From Bdellovibrionales bacterium (GTDB taxonomy: Bacteria > Bdellovibrionota > UBA1018 > CAIMNF01): a stretch of 58,812 bases of DNA. Numbering within the stretch: the stretch's first letter is position 1; every line of letters starts with the position of its first letter. The notes beneath the pieces are model-generated. The model was given only the letters and a program-made list of their open reading frames with translations, was not told the origin of the DNA and made no database searches. The DNA lies in contig JAGWXK010000002.1 in the NCBI GenBank assembly GCA_018969905.1, positions 1-58,812 on the forward strand. Reading direction: 5' to 3'. Positions 50,410 through 58,812 of this stretch are shown one piece after another. Made by a program: the position numbers and the translations under genes.

Positions 50410-52530
50410 TTATCCAGAATCCCGGTCAACCGCCTTTGAGTAGTCACGAATCTCCAAGTATTGACCAGGGATTTCATCGAAAAACCGAGCCGGATATTGA
50501 TACAAGAGATCTCCCCACACACGACGGAAAGAAGCGTGACACATATACAACCGTTCACGGGCACGCGTCATGCCCACGTAGCAAAGCCTCCGCTCCTCCT
50601 CGAGTTCTTCCGCTTCTTTCTGAGTATCCTCGCCATGAACCGAAGGGAACAAGCCTTCCTCGACCCCGAGCATGAAGACCACGGGAAACTCCAGTCCCTT
50701 GCATGCATGAAAGGTCATGAGTTGGATACTTGCAGAGACTCCGTCGGTATCGGGGGCTTCGGCAAGAGTGGTTTGCTCGAGGAATCGCCCCAAAAGGAGT
50801 GGCTTCCGACGCTCGATTTCCTCTTTGCTGAGCCCCTCAAGCTCGCGTTCTTCAAATTCAAGCACCACCGAATTGAACTCTTCCAGGTTGTCGATCCGCT
50901 CAAGCGATTCATCCGATCCCTCTTGCTTGAGTTCCTCGACATAGCGGGTGTCATCGAGCATCTGGTGATACAACTCGGACACGAGCATCCCGGGCTGCGC
51001 TTCGATCCAACGCTCCACCATTCGCTTGAAATCCTGGAGCTTCTTCAGGGTTTTTCCGGAAAATAACGATCCACCCTGCAACTCTTTCGAGAAGAAATTC
51101 CAAAGTGACCCCTCCTGTCCCCAAGCGGCCTCAAGTTTGTCGAGAGTGGTTTTGCCGATGCCCCGAGCCGGTACATTGATGATCCGCTTAAAGGAGATCG
51201 AATCCGAGTGATTGTACACGAGCCTTAGGTACGCCATGACGTCCTTGATCTCTTTTCGATCAAAGAATCGGAGCCCACCTACGACCTTGTACGGAAGCTT
51301 CGCTTGCCTCAGATACTCTTCGACCAATCGTGATTGCGCATGTGTCCGATAAAAAACCGCGAATTCATTTAGTGCAAGCTCAGGGTGGTCCTGGGTCAGG
51401 CGCTTGATTTCCTTTACGACCACTTCGGCCTCGAAGCGATCATCCGGGCACTGAACCCGAACAATGGGGTCACCCACTTCTTGCTCACTGAACAGGGTTT
51501 TGTTCTTGCGCTGGGAGTTGTGGGAAATCAACTTGGATGCCGCTTCCACAATCACCTGGGTCGAGCGGTAGTTCTGCTCGAGTTTTACGACATGAGCGCC
51601 TGGATATTCGCGTTCGAAATCAAGGATGTTCTTGATGTCGGCCCCACGCCAACCATAGATCGACTGGTCCTCATCCCCGACCACACAAATATTTCCATGG
51701 CTCCCATGAGCCGGACTTGCAAGCAAGGAGAGAAGCAGATACTGCGCGCGGTTCGTGTCCTGATACTCATCGACATGGATGTAGCGATAGCGGCGCTGGT
51801 ACTTTTCACGGACATCCGGGTGATCGCGCAGCAATCGGTAGGTGGCTGTGATCATCTCGCCGAAATCGAGAGCATTGTTCTCGATCATCGCCTTGGTATA
51901 GGCGGCCCAGACTTCAGGAAGCTTACGATCAATACCCCGCCCTGTTTTTGCAAGAGGACTGTCAAAGTCGATCGCATCACATTTGAAGCGATTGATCGCA
52001 TATTGAAAACTCTTCGGGGGATAGATTTTTTCATCAATCCCGAGATTCCGCACAATCGATTTCAAGAGCGACAATTGATCGCTATCATCAAAAATCACAA
52101 AAGGCTGAGTGAAAGGCAGCCGATCAGCCTCACGTCTCAGGATTCGGGCGCAAATCGCATGAAAAGTGCCGATGTCGAGCGGCCCCTGTACCTCGTGCCG
52201 CTGGATGCCCTGCTTGGCGAGGATCCCGTACACCCGCTCGCGCATCTCGCCTGCGGCCTTATTGGTGAAGGTCACAGCAAGAATCTGCCAGGGCCGTACC
52301 TTGAGATGCGAGATCAGATAGGCGATCCGGCTTGTGAGCATTTTGGTTTTGCCCGAACCGGCTCCCGCCAGAACCAGAAGTGGTCCTTCGGTATGAAGAG
52401 CCGCCTCCCGCTGAGGATCATTCAAGGAAGAAAGAAAATCCGGCACTGGCCGTTCGAAATCATCCGAAGTCGGTGTGGGATCAATCGTTTCCAAATCAAA
52501 GCTGAAATCAAAGTCGAGTTCGCGATCCAT
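50410..52530 (-). CDS. ATP-dependent DNA helicase, UvrD/PcrA/Rep family
   Basis: Motif I VLAGAGSGKT, Ia AVTFTNKAA, II HVDEYQDTN, III VVGDEDQSIYGWRGA, IV/V LEQNYRS, and VI CYVGMTRAR. Confidence 0.92.
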   Translation of the reverse strand: MDRELDFDFSFDLETIDPTPTSDDFERPVPDFLSSLNDPQREAALHTEGPLLVLAGAGSGKTKMLTSRIAYLISHLKVRPWQILAVTFTNKAAGEMRERVYGILAKQGIQRHEVQGPLDIGTFHAICARILRREADRLPFTQPFVIFDDSDQLSLLKSIVRNLGIDEKIYPPKSFQYAINRFKCDAIDFDSPLAKTGRGIDRKLPEVWAAYTKAMIENNALDFGEMITATYRLLRDHPDVREKYQRRYRYIHVDEYQDTNRAQYLLLSLLASPAHGSHGNICVVGDEDQSIYGWRGADIKNILDFEREYPGAHVVKLEQNYRSTQVIVEAASKLISHNSQRKNKTLFSEQEVGDPIVRVQCPDDRFEAEVVVKEIKRLTQDHPELALNEFAVFYRTHAQSRLVEEYLRQAKLPYKVVGGLRFFDRKEIKDVMAYLRLVYNHSDSISFKRIINVPARGIGKTTLDKLEAAWGQEGSLWNFFSKELQGGSLFSGKTLKKLQDFKRMVERWIEAQPGMLVSELYHQMLDDTRYVEELKQEGSDESLERIDNLEEFNSVVLEFEERELEGLSKEEIERRKPLLLGRFLEQTTLAEAPDTDGVSASIQLMTFHACKGLEFPVVFMLGVEEGLFPSVHGEDTQKEAEELEEERRLCYVGMTRARERLYMCHASFRRVWGDLLYQYPARFFDEIPGQYLEIRDYSKAVDRDSG

Positions 52531-52539
52531 GAATTCCTA

Positions 52540-53997
52540 TCAAGTGCCCTGGGGCTTCAGTTTTTTCGCATATCCGGGCTTGTTCACCTGGCGGGCCCGC
52601 GCGATCGCAAGCGATTCCGCCTCGACCGTTTCAGTAATGGTGGAACCAGATGCGATGAAACTACCTCGCTTCAAGGTGATGGGGGCCACTGCCTGGCAAT
52701 CACTTCCCACGAAGACATCATCTTCAATTACGGTTTTGTGTTTGCGCGAGCCATTGATCACGCGCCCATCAAAGTTGCAGGTTACAAACCCGCACCCGAT
52801 GTTGACCCGGGCCCCCACCTCGGCATCTCCGAGATAACTGAGATGGGCAACCGAGGACTCTTCACCAATAATGGTTTTTTTCAGTTCTACGAAGTTTCCG
52901 ATCTTGGCACCTTTCTTCACTTCACTTCCCGGACGAAGGTGCGCGTATGGGCCAAGCTTTACCTGATCCTGGATGGTAGAGTCCTCACCCACAGTTCCGG
53001 TTTTTACTTCGCATCCCGAACCTACCGTCATGTTCTTCAGGTGCACATTCGGGCCTAAGACCGTCCCCGATCCGATCCGGGTTTTTCCTTCGATCACCAC
53101 CCCGGGATAGACAATCACATCGCGCTCGATTTCAGCAGTTGGATCAATCCGGCAAGACTTAAGATCCAGAAATCGCACTCCGTTCAATGCATGTTTTTTG
53201 ATCACTCTCGCGTTCAAAATGTCTGACGCCAAAGAAAGTTCGTAGGGGTTGTTCACACCCCGCACATCTTCAGGGCTATCCCAAAGATGGGTTTCGATGG
53301 TCCGTTTTTTTGAAACCGCTGCCGACACAAGGTCGGTGAGATAGTATTCTTTTTGGGCATTTTGGTTCTTGAGCTGGGAAACCCCGGTCGCAAGAAACTG
53401 GGCCTGAAAACTATAGATAGAAACTCCCACCTCCTGAATAAGCTTTTCCCGAGGTGTTGCGTCCTTTTCTTCGACAATCCGAAGAACGGCACCCTTCTTT
53501 CCTTTTCGAACGATTCTTCCATATCCGAACGGATCACTGAGATTCGCGGTGAGGATCCTCATGGCAGTTCCCCGCTTCAGGGGTTCCAGCATTTCTCTCA
53601 AAAGTTCGGCGGTCATGAGAGGCAGATCACCGGGCAGCACCAGGACGGTCTCCTTTTTTTCAACCGCAAGCTTTCCAAAATCCGATTCCATCGCGCACTT
53701 TACTGCATGCCCCGTGCCTTTTTGCTCGGCCTGCTCGACAAAGGAAACCGGAAACTGGTAATTCTCGGCCCGAACCCGCTCCATCACAAGATCCTTTTGA
53801 TGTCCGACCACAATCGCAACACGGGAGCGCGGGGAAACCTCGGCAATCCGATCGAGAATTTGAAACAGCATCGGCCGCCCACAGACCGGAATCAAAACCT
53901 TTGGCAGAGTGGAAAACATTCGTTTCCCTAGGCCGGCCGCAAGAATGACGATGGAAGGAGAAGGAGGGTTGGTTGAAACCATGGGGCGTAGATTCAC
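52540..53997 (-). CDS. glmU: Bifunctional UDP-N-acetylglucosamine pyrophosphorylase / glucosamine-1-phosphate N-acetyltransferase
   Basis: N-terminal ILAAGLGKRM, a nucleotidyltransferase fold, then a left-handed beta-helix of hexapeptide repeats and C-terminal ARARQVNKPGY. Confidence 0.92.
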   Translation of the reverse strand: MNLRPMVSTNPPSPSIVILAAGLGKRMFSTLPKVLIPVCGRPMLFQILDRIAEVSPRSRVAIVVGHQKDLVMERVRAENYQFPVSFVEQAEQKGTGHAVKCAMESDFGKLAVEKKETVLVLPGDLPLMTAELLREMLEPLKRGTAMRILTANLSDPFGYGRIVRKGKKGAVLRIVEEKDATPREKLIQEVGVSIYSFQAQFLATGVSQLKNQNAQKEYYLTDLVSAAVSKKRTIETHLWDSPEDVRGVNNPYELSLASDILNARVIKKHALNGVRFLDLKSCRIDPTAEIERDVIVYPGVVIEGKTRIGSGTVLGPNVHLKNMTVGSGCEVKTGTVGEDSTIQDQVKLGPYAHLRPGSEVKKGAKIGNFVELKKTIIGEESSVAHLSYLGDAEVGARVNIGCGFVTCNFDGRVINGSRKHKTVIEDDVFVGSDCQAVAPITLKRGSFIASGSTITETVEAESLAIARARQVNKPGYAKKLKPQGT

Positions 53998-54060
53998 TTA
54001 TTTTCAGCTATTTTTCCGCTCATTTTTTCAGTTTCTTGCACAAGGAGCACCGTTTAATGG

Positions 54061-54088
54061 TTGACTTTTATGCTTTGTACAATAAAAT
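54061..54088 (+). promoter_or_regulatory. Candidate sigma70-type promoter TTGACT-N16-TAAAAT facing the DksA/TraR gene
   Basis: ttgact at 54061-54066, a 16-nt spacer, then taaaat at 54083-54088. This predicts a roughly 190-nt leader before the ATG at 54285. Confidence 0.45.
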
Positions 54089-54284
54089 CTTCAAGTTAAA
54101 ATGATTGCCCCTCCTTAGAGATGCTTATAAACCCTATTTACCGTCTAATTTTTGTCGTTGGCGCGAGTCAAAGACAGAAGCTCAAGGATGAGCCCGCACA
54201 GGAGCGGGGGTTGGGACCCCGCTCCAAAACAGGTGCCGGAACCGGTAAGTGTGAAAGACAACTATTTTAAAAGGGGGATTTAAA

Positions 54285-54647
54285 ATGGACGTACAAACCA
54301 TCACAAAGTTCAAAAGAATACTTTCGGCAGAACGCGAACGCCTTTTGAACCTTTCCAAAGAAAGCATCAAGTTCGACCTGAATACTTCAACGGACGATTT
54401 GCCCGATGAAGCTGATCTTGCTGCAAGCGAAATCAATCAGAGCCTTACCTTTGAACTTCGCAACCGGGAGCGCGTCATGATCGCGAAGATCAACACCGCT
54501 CTTCAGAAAATCCAGGAAGGCACTTTCGGTCTTTGCGAATCATGCGAAGAAGACATTGAAAAACGCCGCCTGGAGGCGCGCCCTTTCTCGACTCTTTGTG
54601 TTTCTTGCCAAGAGCAACACGAGCACCGAGAAAAGATTTACGCCTGA
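54285..54647 (+). CDS. DksA/TraR-family C4-type zinc-finger protein
   Basis: 120 aa with RBS AAGGGGGA upstream, a coiled-coil N-terminal part with acidic tip residues, and the zinc finger CESCEEDIEKRRLEARPFSTLCVSCQ. Confidence 0.85.
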   Translation: MDVQTITKFKRILSAERERLLNLSKESIKFDLNTSTDDLPDEADLAASEINQSLTFELRNRERVMIAKINTALQKIQEGTFGLCESCEEDIEKRRLEARPFSTLCVSCQEQHEHREKIYA

Positions 54648-54648
54648 T

Positions 54649-56130
54649 TTACCGACCCGAAGTACTGTTGAGACGGAGCTCACGGAAAAGAATGACTCCA
54701 AACGGGTTGGCACGGACGCCAACAACCCGTTTGGAAACTGCAAATCTCAATACCTGATGCAACAAAGGCACGACCGGTGCCTCATCCCACAAAATGGATT
54801 CCAATTCGTAAATGATTTTTGAGCGTTTCACCATGCGGTTTTCTTGCCGCAAATCCTCGACCAAACCATCAAACTCCTTATTGCTCCAACCGGTGAAATT
54901 ATTCGGACTCTTTTCCGTCAGTACTCCGTACACAATGGAAGGGTCGCTCACCGGATTTTGCCAGCCGAAACGGTACATTTCCGCCGGATCCGATTTCAAC
55001 TTCGCGTAGTGCGCCTTCCAATCCAGAAGATCAAGTTTGGGCTTCCACCCTAGATCCCCCTTCAGTTCCGATTGAACATATTCCAGGATCGTCGAATTGC
55101 GTGAGCTCTGATCGCTTTGGATCGTAAACTCGACCTTTTCCTGCACTTTTTCGGGCATCACATTCCACTCCCGGCGATACCCGCCTGGCGCAAGCAAAAC
55201 CGGCACATAGGATGCGGCCCCCACTTCGCCGGTTTTGAGTAGGCGGGCAAGTTCGATTCGTTTTGGAATGAGAAGGGAATTCCGAACGGCGATCCGGTTT
55301 TTCAACTCATTGAACGGCGGCTTTTTCGTATTGAACGCAAGATAAGTTACCGCCTCTACAGGCACATCGAATACGGTTGCAAGCTCTGAAATTTCCCTGT
55401 GCTGGAGAACGGGAACCCGGGTCAGAATGTCAATGGAACCCGCCTTCAATAGAGGAAGCAATGTCCCCTCTTCCGGAAGAAATCGAATTTTCACTTCTTC
55501 GATGGAGACCAGCTCATGCTCAAAAAACTCGGGGTTTTTCTTCAGCATCAAAAACCCGTCCCGTTGGTATTCCGTGATCCGATAGGCACCCAGGGTTGGA
55601 ACCACAGGTGAACGGGTTTTCGAGTAGCTCTCGATGAGATCAGGCCGAATCGGCGCAAAGGGCGGCATGGTAAGCCAATTCAAGAGCTGCTCATCCGCCT
55701 CCTGAAGATAAACCTCGGCGGTACGAGCATCCGTAGCACGCGTCTTTTTGAGCTCAATTCTGGGATACAAATCAGAGAGCGCTCCCTTGACAGGTTCCTC
55801 GGTCAGACGCTTCAGCGCCAACACAAAATGTTCGGCATGGAAGGGCTTTCCATCGCTCCACTTGAGCCAGGGCTTGAACCGAAAAGTGTAGTGGAGACGA
55901 TCCCTGGAGCGGGTATAGGAATCCACGAGCCCTTTTTTCCGCTCCCCTTTGCCATCATAATAATAAAGGGTTCCCAAGGTATTTGCCGCAAGCTTGAGCG
56001 CGACTCCATCTTCCAAAAAAAGGGGGTCATACTGAGTGGGTTCTGAGGTGAATTGCACCTGAAGCGGTTGCGAAAAGGCTCCCGAATTCAAAAGGATAGA
56101 AGCCAAAACCCCGAAAACAACTCTGGTCAT
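54649..56130 (-). CDS. ABC transporter substrate-binding protein, family 5 (peptide/nickel type)
   Basis: About 490 aa with signal MTRVVFGVLASILLNSGAFS and family-5-like segments (WSDGKPFHAEHFV, YRITEYQRDGFLMLKKNPEF). The start is uncertain; the track gives a TTG at 56187. Confidence 0.65.
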   Translation of the reverse strand: MTRVVFGVLASILLNSGAFSQPLQVQFTSEPTQYDPLFLEDGVALKLAANTLGTLYYYDGKGERKKGLVDSYTRSRDRLHYTFRFKPWLKWSDGKPFHAEHFVLALKRLTEEPVKGALSDLYPRIELKKTRATDARTAEVYLQEADEQLLNWLTMPPFAPIRPDLIESYSKTRSPVVPTLGAYRITEYQRDGFLMLKKNPEFFEHELVSIEEVKIRFLPEEGTLLPLLKAGSIDILTRVPVLQHREISELATVFDVPVEAVTYLAFNTKKPPFNELKNRIAVRNSLLIPKRIELARLLKTGEVGAASYVPVLLAPGGYRREWNVMPEKVQEKVEFTIQSDQSSRNSTILEYVQSELKGDLGWKPKLDLLDWKAHYAKLKSDPAEMYRFGWQNPVSDPSIVYGVLTEKSPNNFTGWSNKEFDGLVEDLRQENRMVKRSKIIYELESILWDEAPVVPLLHQVLRFAVSKRVVGVRANPFGVILFRELRLNSTSGR

Positions 56131-56133
56131 AAA

Positions 56134-56922
56134 ATGATGGATCATGCTAGAAACAATACCATGGATCAGCTCGCAGACAGCCTTCAAAATTTGTTAACCT
56201 CCGGCTCTTTCGGAGGCTCCTTTCTGGCCCTGTTCCTTGCCTACCTGGGCGGAATTCTTTCCAGCCTCACCCCCTGCATTTATCCGATGATTCCAATCAC
56301 CATCGGAGTGGTCGGGGGAATCCAGACCCACCATGAGGAACGGAACCCTCGGGGAATTCTCATGCGGGGGATTGCCTACGTTCTAGGAATGGCGATCATT
56401 TATGCATTCCTAGGCGTCCTTGCGGGAATCACAGGACAGGTATTCGGCTCGTTTACCAATACTTCGAGTTGGTATTTGGGCTTGTCTCTTTTCATGTCGC
56501 TTGCTGCACTCATAATGCTGGATGTTCTTCCCATTGACCCCCAAGCTTTACTCGATCGGGCAAAGAGGGCGATGGGACTCTCTGGTGGAAGCAAGAGCAA
56601 CACTGAAAAAGAGGCTACTTTGGTCGGAGCTTTTGTGCTCGGTGCTTCTTCCGGTTTCATCGCAGCCCCCTGCACCACTCCGGTGCTTTCCGCGATTCTC
56701 GCCTACATCGCGCAGACTCAATCCGTGATTTTGGGCCTAAGCCTCATGATCTTTTTTTCACTCGGCCTTGGAACGATTTTGATCGGGATCGCAGCGTTTG
56801 CCGGAACCATTCAAAAGCTCCCGCGCGCCGGAGCATGGATGAACAAGGTGAAGATCTTGAGCGGCATTTTGATTCTCGCATTTGCAAACTATCTGATGTT
56901 CAAAGCAGGAAAGGTGAACTGA
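56134..56922 (+). CDS. Cytochrome c biogenesis / thiol-disulfide electron transporter membrane protein (CcdA / DsbD central domain family)
   Basis: Conserved Cys-Pro motifs LTPCIYPMIPI and APCTTPVLSAILAY in a 6-8 TM protein. The start is uncertain (56134, 56137 or 56161). Confidence 0.8.
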   Translation: MMDHARNNTMDQLADSLQNLLTSGSFGGSFLALFLAYLGGILSSLTPCIYPMIPITIGVVGGIQTHHEERNPRGILMRGIAYVLGMAIIYAFLGVLAGITGQVFGSFTNTSSWYLGLSLFMSLAALIMLDVLPIDPQALLDRAKRAMGLSGGSKSNTEKEATLVGAFVLGASSGFIAAPCTTPVLSAILAYIAQTQSVILGLSLMIFFSLGLGTILIGIAAFAGTIQKLPRAGAWMNKVKILSGILILAFANYLMFKAGKVN

Positions 56923-56926
56923 ACCC

Positions 56927-58096
56927 ATGAAGGAATCCCCAAGCAAGAAAAACCTCTTCTACTTCCTGGCAGCACTCTCAGGAATCGGCGCCGGAATTTC
57001 GATCTGGCAAACGAGGCTCTTCTTTTTGACCCGGACCGGAACCGGTGAAATGAAAAGCTTCTGCAACATCGGCCAGACCTTTGACTGCACCGCAGTTGAG
57101 ATGAGCAAGTTTGCCGAAATGCTCCCGGGGATTCCTCTCTCTGCGGTTGCGATCGCTGGCTACCTGGTCATCCTCATTCTTTCGCTCTTCGGACTCAGTC
57201 ACTCTTTACGGAAAGGACTGAAGCCCTACCTCGTCGGATTCACCGGAATCGCTTTTTTATTCTCGGTGGTTTACCTCATGATCATGCTGACCCAGATCGG
57301 AAAGCTCTGCCTTCTGTGTCTTGTGGTCGATAGCATCAATATCATTCTATTTGTTCTGGCCCTCACCATTCAGAAGTCCGAGAAGTCAGAGGATGGGACC
57401 AAATTTGGTCACATCGCATGGGTGGGCGGCGCCGCAGTGATTGTAGCCTTTTTGTTTTCGAAGGGCCTGAACCCCCAAGCCGGGGTAAAGCAGGACGATC
57501 TGAATGACATCGTGGAAAGTGTCCTCAATTCAAATGTGAATGCGATTTCCGTCCCAGCCGGAGCCCCTTCGATCGGAGACGCAAATGCACCGATCACGAT
57601 CGTGAAGTTCAGTGATTATGAATGCCCCGCGTGCAAAATGGGGGCCCTTTCGATTCACCCCCTCACCAAGCGCTATCCTAAGGAAGTTAGGTTCGTATTC
57701 CTGAACTTCCCGCTTGCCAAGGAATGCAATCCGGACCCCCAGCTCGGAAGAACCATTCATGTGTTCGCCTGTGAGGCGGCCGCGGCCGCGGTATGCGCGA
57801 CTGAACAGGGCAAATTCGCAGAAGCATATGAGACTCTCTTTGAGAACCAGGGAAAATTCGAACAGGGAAAAATTGCGGATCTTTTGATCTCGAAGATCGA
57901 GGGAATGGACGCCAACAAACTGAAGGATTGCGTGAGGCTTCCGGGAACCTCGGATCGTATCAGGCGCGATGCGGAACTTGGCTCAAGCTTAAAGATTCGG
58001 TCCACCCCCACTTTTTTCGTGAATGGTCACAAGGTGGAGGGCGGACTCCCCACGAACGTCTGGGTCGACATCATTGAAAGATTGCTCAAGAAGTAA
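56927..58096 (+). CDS. VKOR (vitamin K epoxide reductase)-domain protein fused to a DsbA-like thioredoxin domain
   Basis: The N-terminal 4-TM domain has the loop Cys pair CNIGQTFDC and the membrane CLLC motif. The C-terminal thioredoxin fold has YECPAC and RSTPTFFVNG (cis-Pro loop). Confidence 0.85.
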   Translation: MKESPSKKNLFYFLAALSGIGAGISIWQTRLFFLTRTGTGEMKSFCNIGQTFDCTAVEMSKFAEMLPGIPLSAVAIAGYLVILILSLFGLSHSLRKGLKPYLVGFTGIAFLFSVVYLMIMLTQIGKLCLLCLVVDSINIILFVLALTIQKSEKSEDGTKFGHIAWVGGAAVIVAFLFSKGLNPQAGVKQDDLNDIVESVLNSNVNAISVPAGAPSIGDANAPITIVKFSDYECPACKMGALSIHPLTKRYPKEVRFVFLNFPLAKECNPDPQLGRTIHVFACEAAAAAVCATEQGKFAEAYETLFENQGKFEQGKIADLLISKIEGMDANKLKDCVRLPGTSDRIRRDAELGSSLKIRSTPTFFVNGHKVEGGLPTNVWVDIIERLLKK

Positions 58097-58812
58097 TGTT
58101 GATCGATACGCATTGTCATCTGAATTACGAATATGATGCGGGAAAGACCCCGAGGGACCTCGTACGTGAAGCCGGCGAAAATGGCGTGGGAACTCTGATC
58201 ACGATTGCCACCGACCATACTAACTTCGAAGCTGTACAAAAGATCTCCGAGCAATTTCCGAATGTGTACCACACGATCGGAGTTCATCCCCACGAGGCCT
58301 CTCTCGTCACTCCCGAAATTCTCTCGAGCATGAAGGGGTTTCTTGCCCATCCGAAAGCCGTGGCCGTGGGTGAGATCGGTCTTGATTACTATTACGAACA
58401 TTCCGATCGGGGAAAGCAGCGCCAAGAGTGTGAGGCCCAACTCGAAGTGGCAATCGACACGAAAAAACCCGTGGTGATTCATTCGAGGGACGGTGAGGAA
58501 GACCTGCTCCCGATGCTCACTTCCTATGCAAAAAGACAAACAGGTGCTGCATCGCTTGGCGTAATTCATTGCTTTACCGGAACCCGAGAGTTCGGACAGG
58601 CTTGCCTTGATCTTGGATTTTACATTTCGATTTCAGGCATCCTGACCTTCAAGAATTCGGAAGCTCTTCGGCAAACCGTAAAGAGCTTTCCGCTTGAGCG
58701 CTTGCTCGTTGAAACCGACTCGCCCTTCCTGGCCCCAGCTCCCCTTCGGGGCAAAAAATGTGAACCCTACATGGTGAAGCATACCGCCTTGAAGCTTGCT
58801 GAATTGATGGGG
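58096..58812 (+). CDS. tatD: TatD-family metal-dependent hydrolase (3' end beyond the window)
   Basis: The ATG overlaps the preceding stop (TAATG at 58094-58098). The translation MLIDTHCHLNYEYD...GVHPHEA...AVGEIGLDYYY...VIHSRD...GVIHCFTG...ETDSPFLAP carries the TatD motifs. The frame is open to the window edge (239 codons). Confidence 0.88.
   Translation, partial: MLIDTHCHLNYEYDAGKTPRDLVREAGENGVGTLITIATDHTNFEAVQKISEQFPNVYHTIGVHPHEASLVTPEILSSMKGFLAHPKAVAVGEIGLDYYYEHSDRGKQRQECEAQLEVAIDTKKPVVIHSRDGEEDLLPMLTSYAKRQTGAASLGVIHCFTGTREFGQACLDLGFYISISGILTFKNSEALRQTVKSFPLERLLVETDSPFLAPAPLRGKKCEPYMVKHTALKLAELMG

Noticed and set aside
51385-53058. 557-aa plus-strand ORF, the longest unexplained ORF in the track
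   Set aside because: It lies entirely antisense to the helicase and glmU genes, which both have full motif sets. Its translation is low-complexity (R/L/G/H-rich) with no motifs, a typical shadow ORF of a moderately GC-rich region.
56053-56187. Apparent 135-bp head-to-head overlap of the family-5 binding protein ORF and the CcdA/DsbD ORF
   Set aside because: This is most likely an artefact of taking the longest ORFs. Internal starts (56130 for the binding protein; 56134, 56137 or 56161 for CcdA) remove the overlap. The true starts remain uncertain, and the promoters must be very close together.

Overview
This is a 58.8-kb, roughly 50% GC, very compact chromosomal segment from a Gram-negative bacterium. 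Many genes overlap by 4 nt (ATGA) and convergent gene ends are almost touching. The pilin-rich, secreted-protein-rich gene content hints at a Bdellovibrionota or former delta-proteobacterial organism, but that is only a guess. I recognised no rRNA, tRNA, CRISPR array, transposase or integrase.

Contents from left to right:
- (1) A livFGMH operon plus a periplasmic binding protein (199-4466, minus strand).
- (2) A translationally coupled three-gene operon of exported proteins (4680-11474, plus strand). It encodes a CxxCH-motif protein, a twin-arginine exported alkaline-phosphatase-fold-like protein, and a 1167-aa lipoprotein. The lipoprotein has about 9 tandem FN3 modules, and one of them is split by a second CxxCH module.
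- (3) A small island of four secreted, Cys-rich ORFans (11638-14161).
- (4) A housekeeping block: pseudouridine synthase, YmdB, 5-formyl-THF cyclo-ligase, ZapA, S28 peptidase, Ppx/GppA, AsmA, GatCAB, rhodanese, CAP-domain protein, GalE, saccharopine-dehydrogenase-like protein and ABC-F.
- (5) A roughly 14-kb type IV pilus / type II secretion hybrid locus that resembles MSHA systems (32948-46639). It has two paralogous Cys-rich pilins, four GspG-like pseudopilins, PilC, a secretin, PilMNO(P), an embedded OmpA/MotB-like protein, an ExeA/MshM-like AAA ATPase, an MshE-like ATPase with an intact tandem c-di-GMP-binding MshEN motif, and a TPR protein.
- (6) An LspA-2TM-HAMP fusion, an NHL-propeller protein and a Wzy_C/TPR O-antigen-ligase-like protein.
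- (7) UvrD/PcrA helicase, GlmU, DksA/TraR, a family-5 binding protein, CcdA/DsbD, a VKOR-DsbA fusion and a partial TatD.

The best candidates for undescribed biology are the CxxCH / Tat / FN3 surface operon and the unusual features of the pilus locus. Those features are the PG-anchor inserted between pilM and pilN, the pseudopilins with extra C-terminal domains, homopolymer tracts, the coupled ABC-F, and the LspA-HAMP fusion where a prepilin peptidase would be expected.

All family assignments rest on motifs read by eye from the translations. No database search was run.
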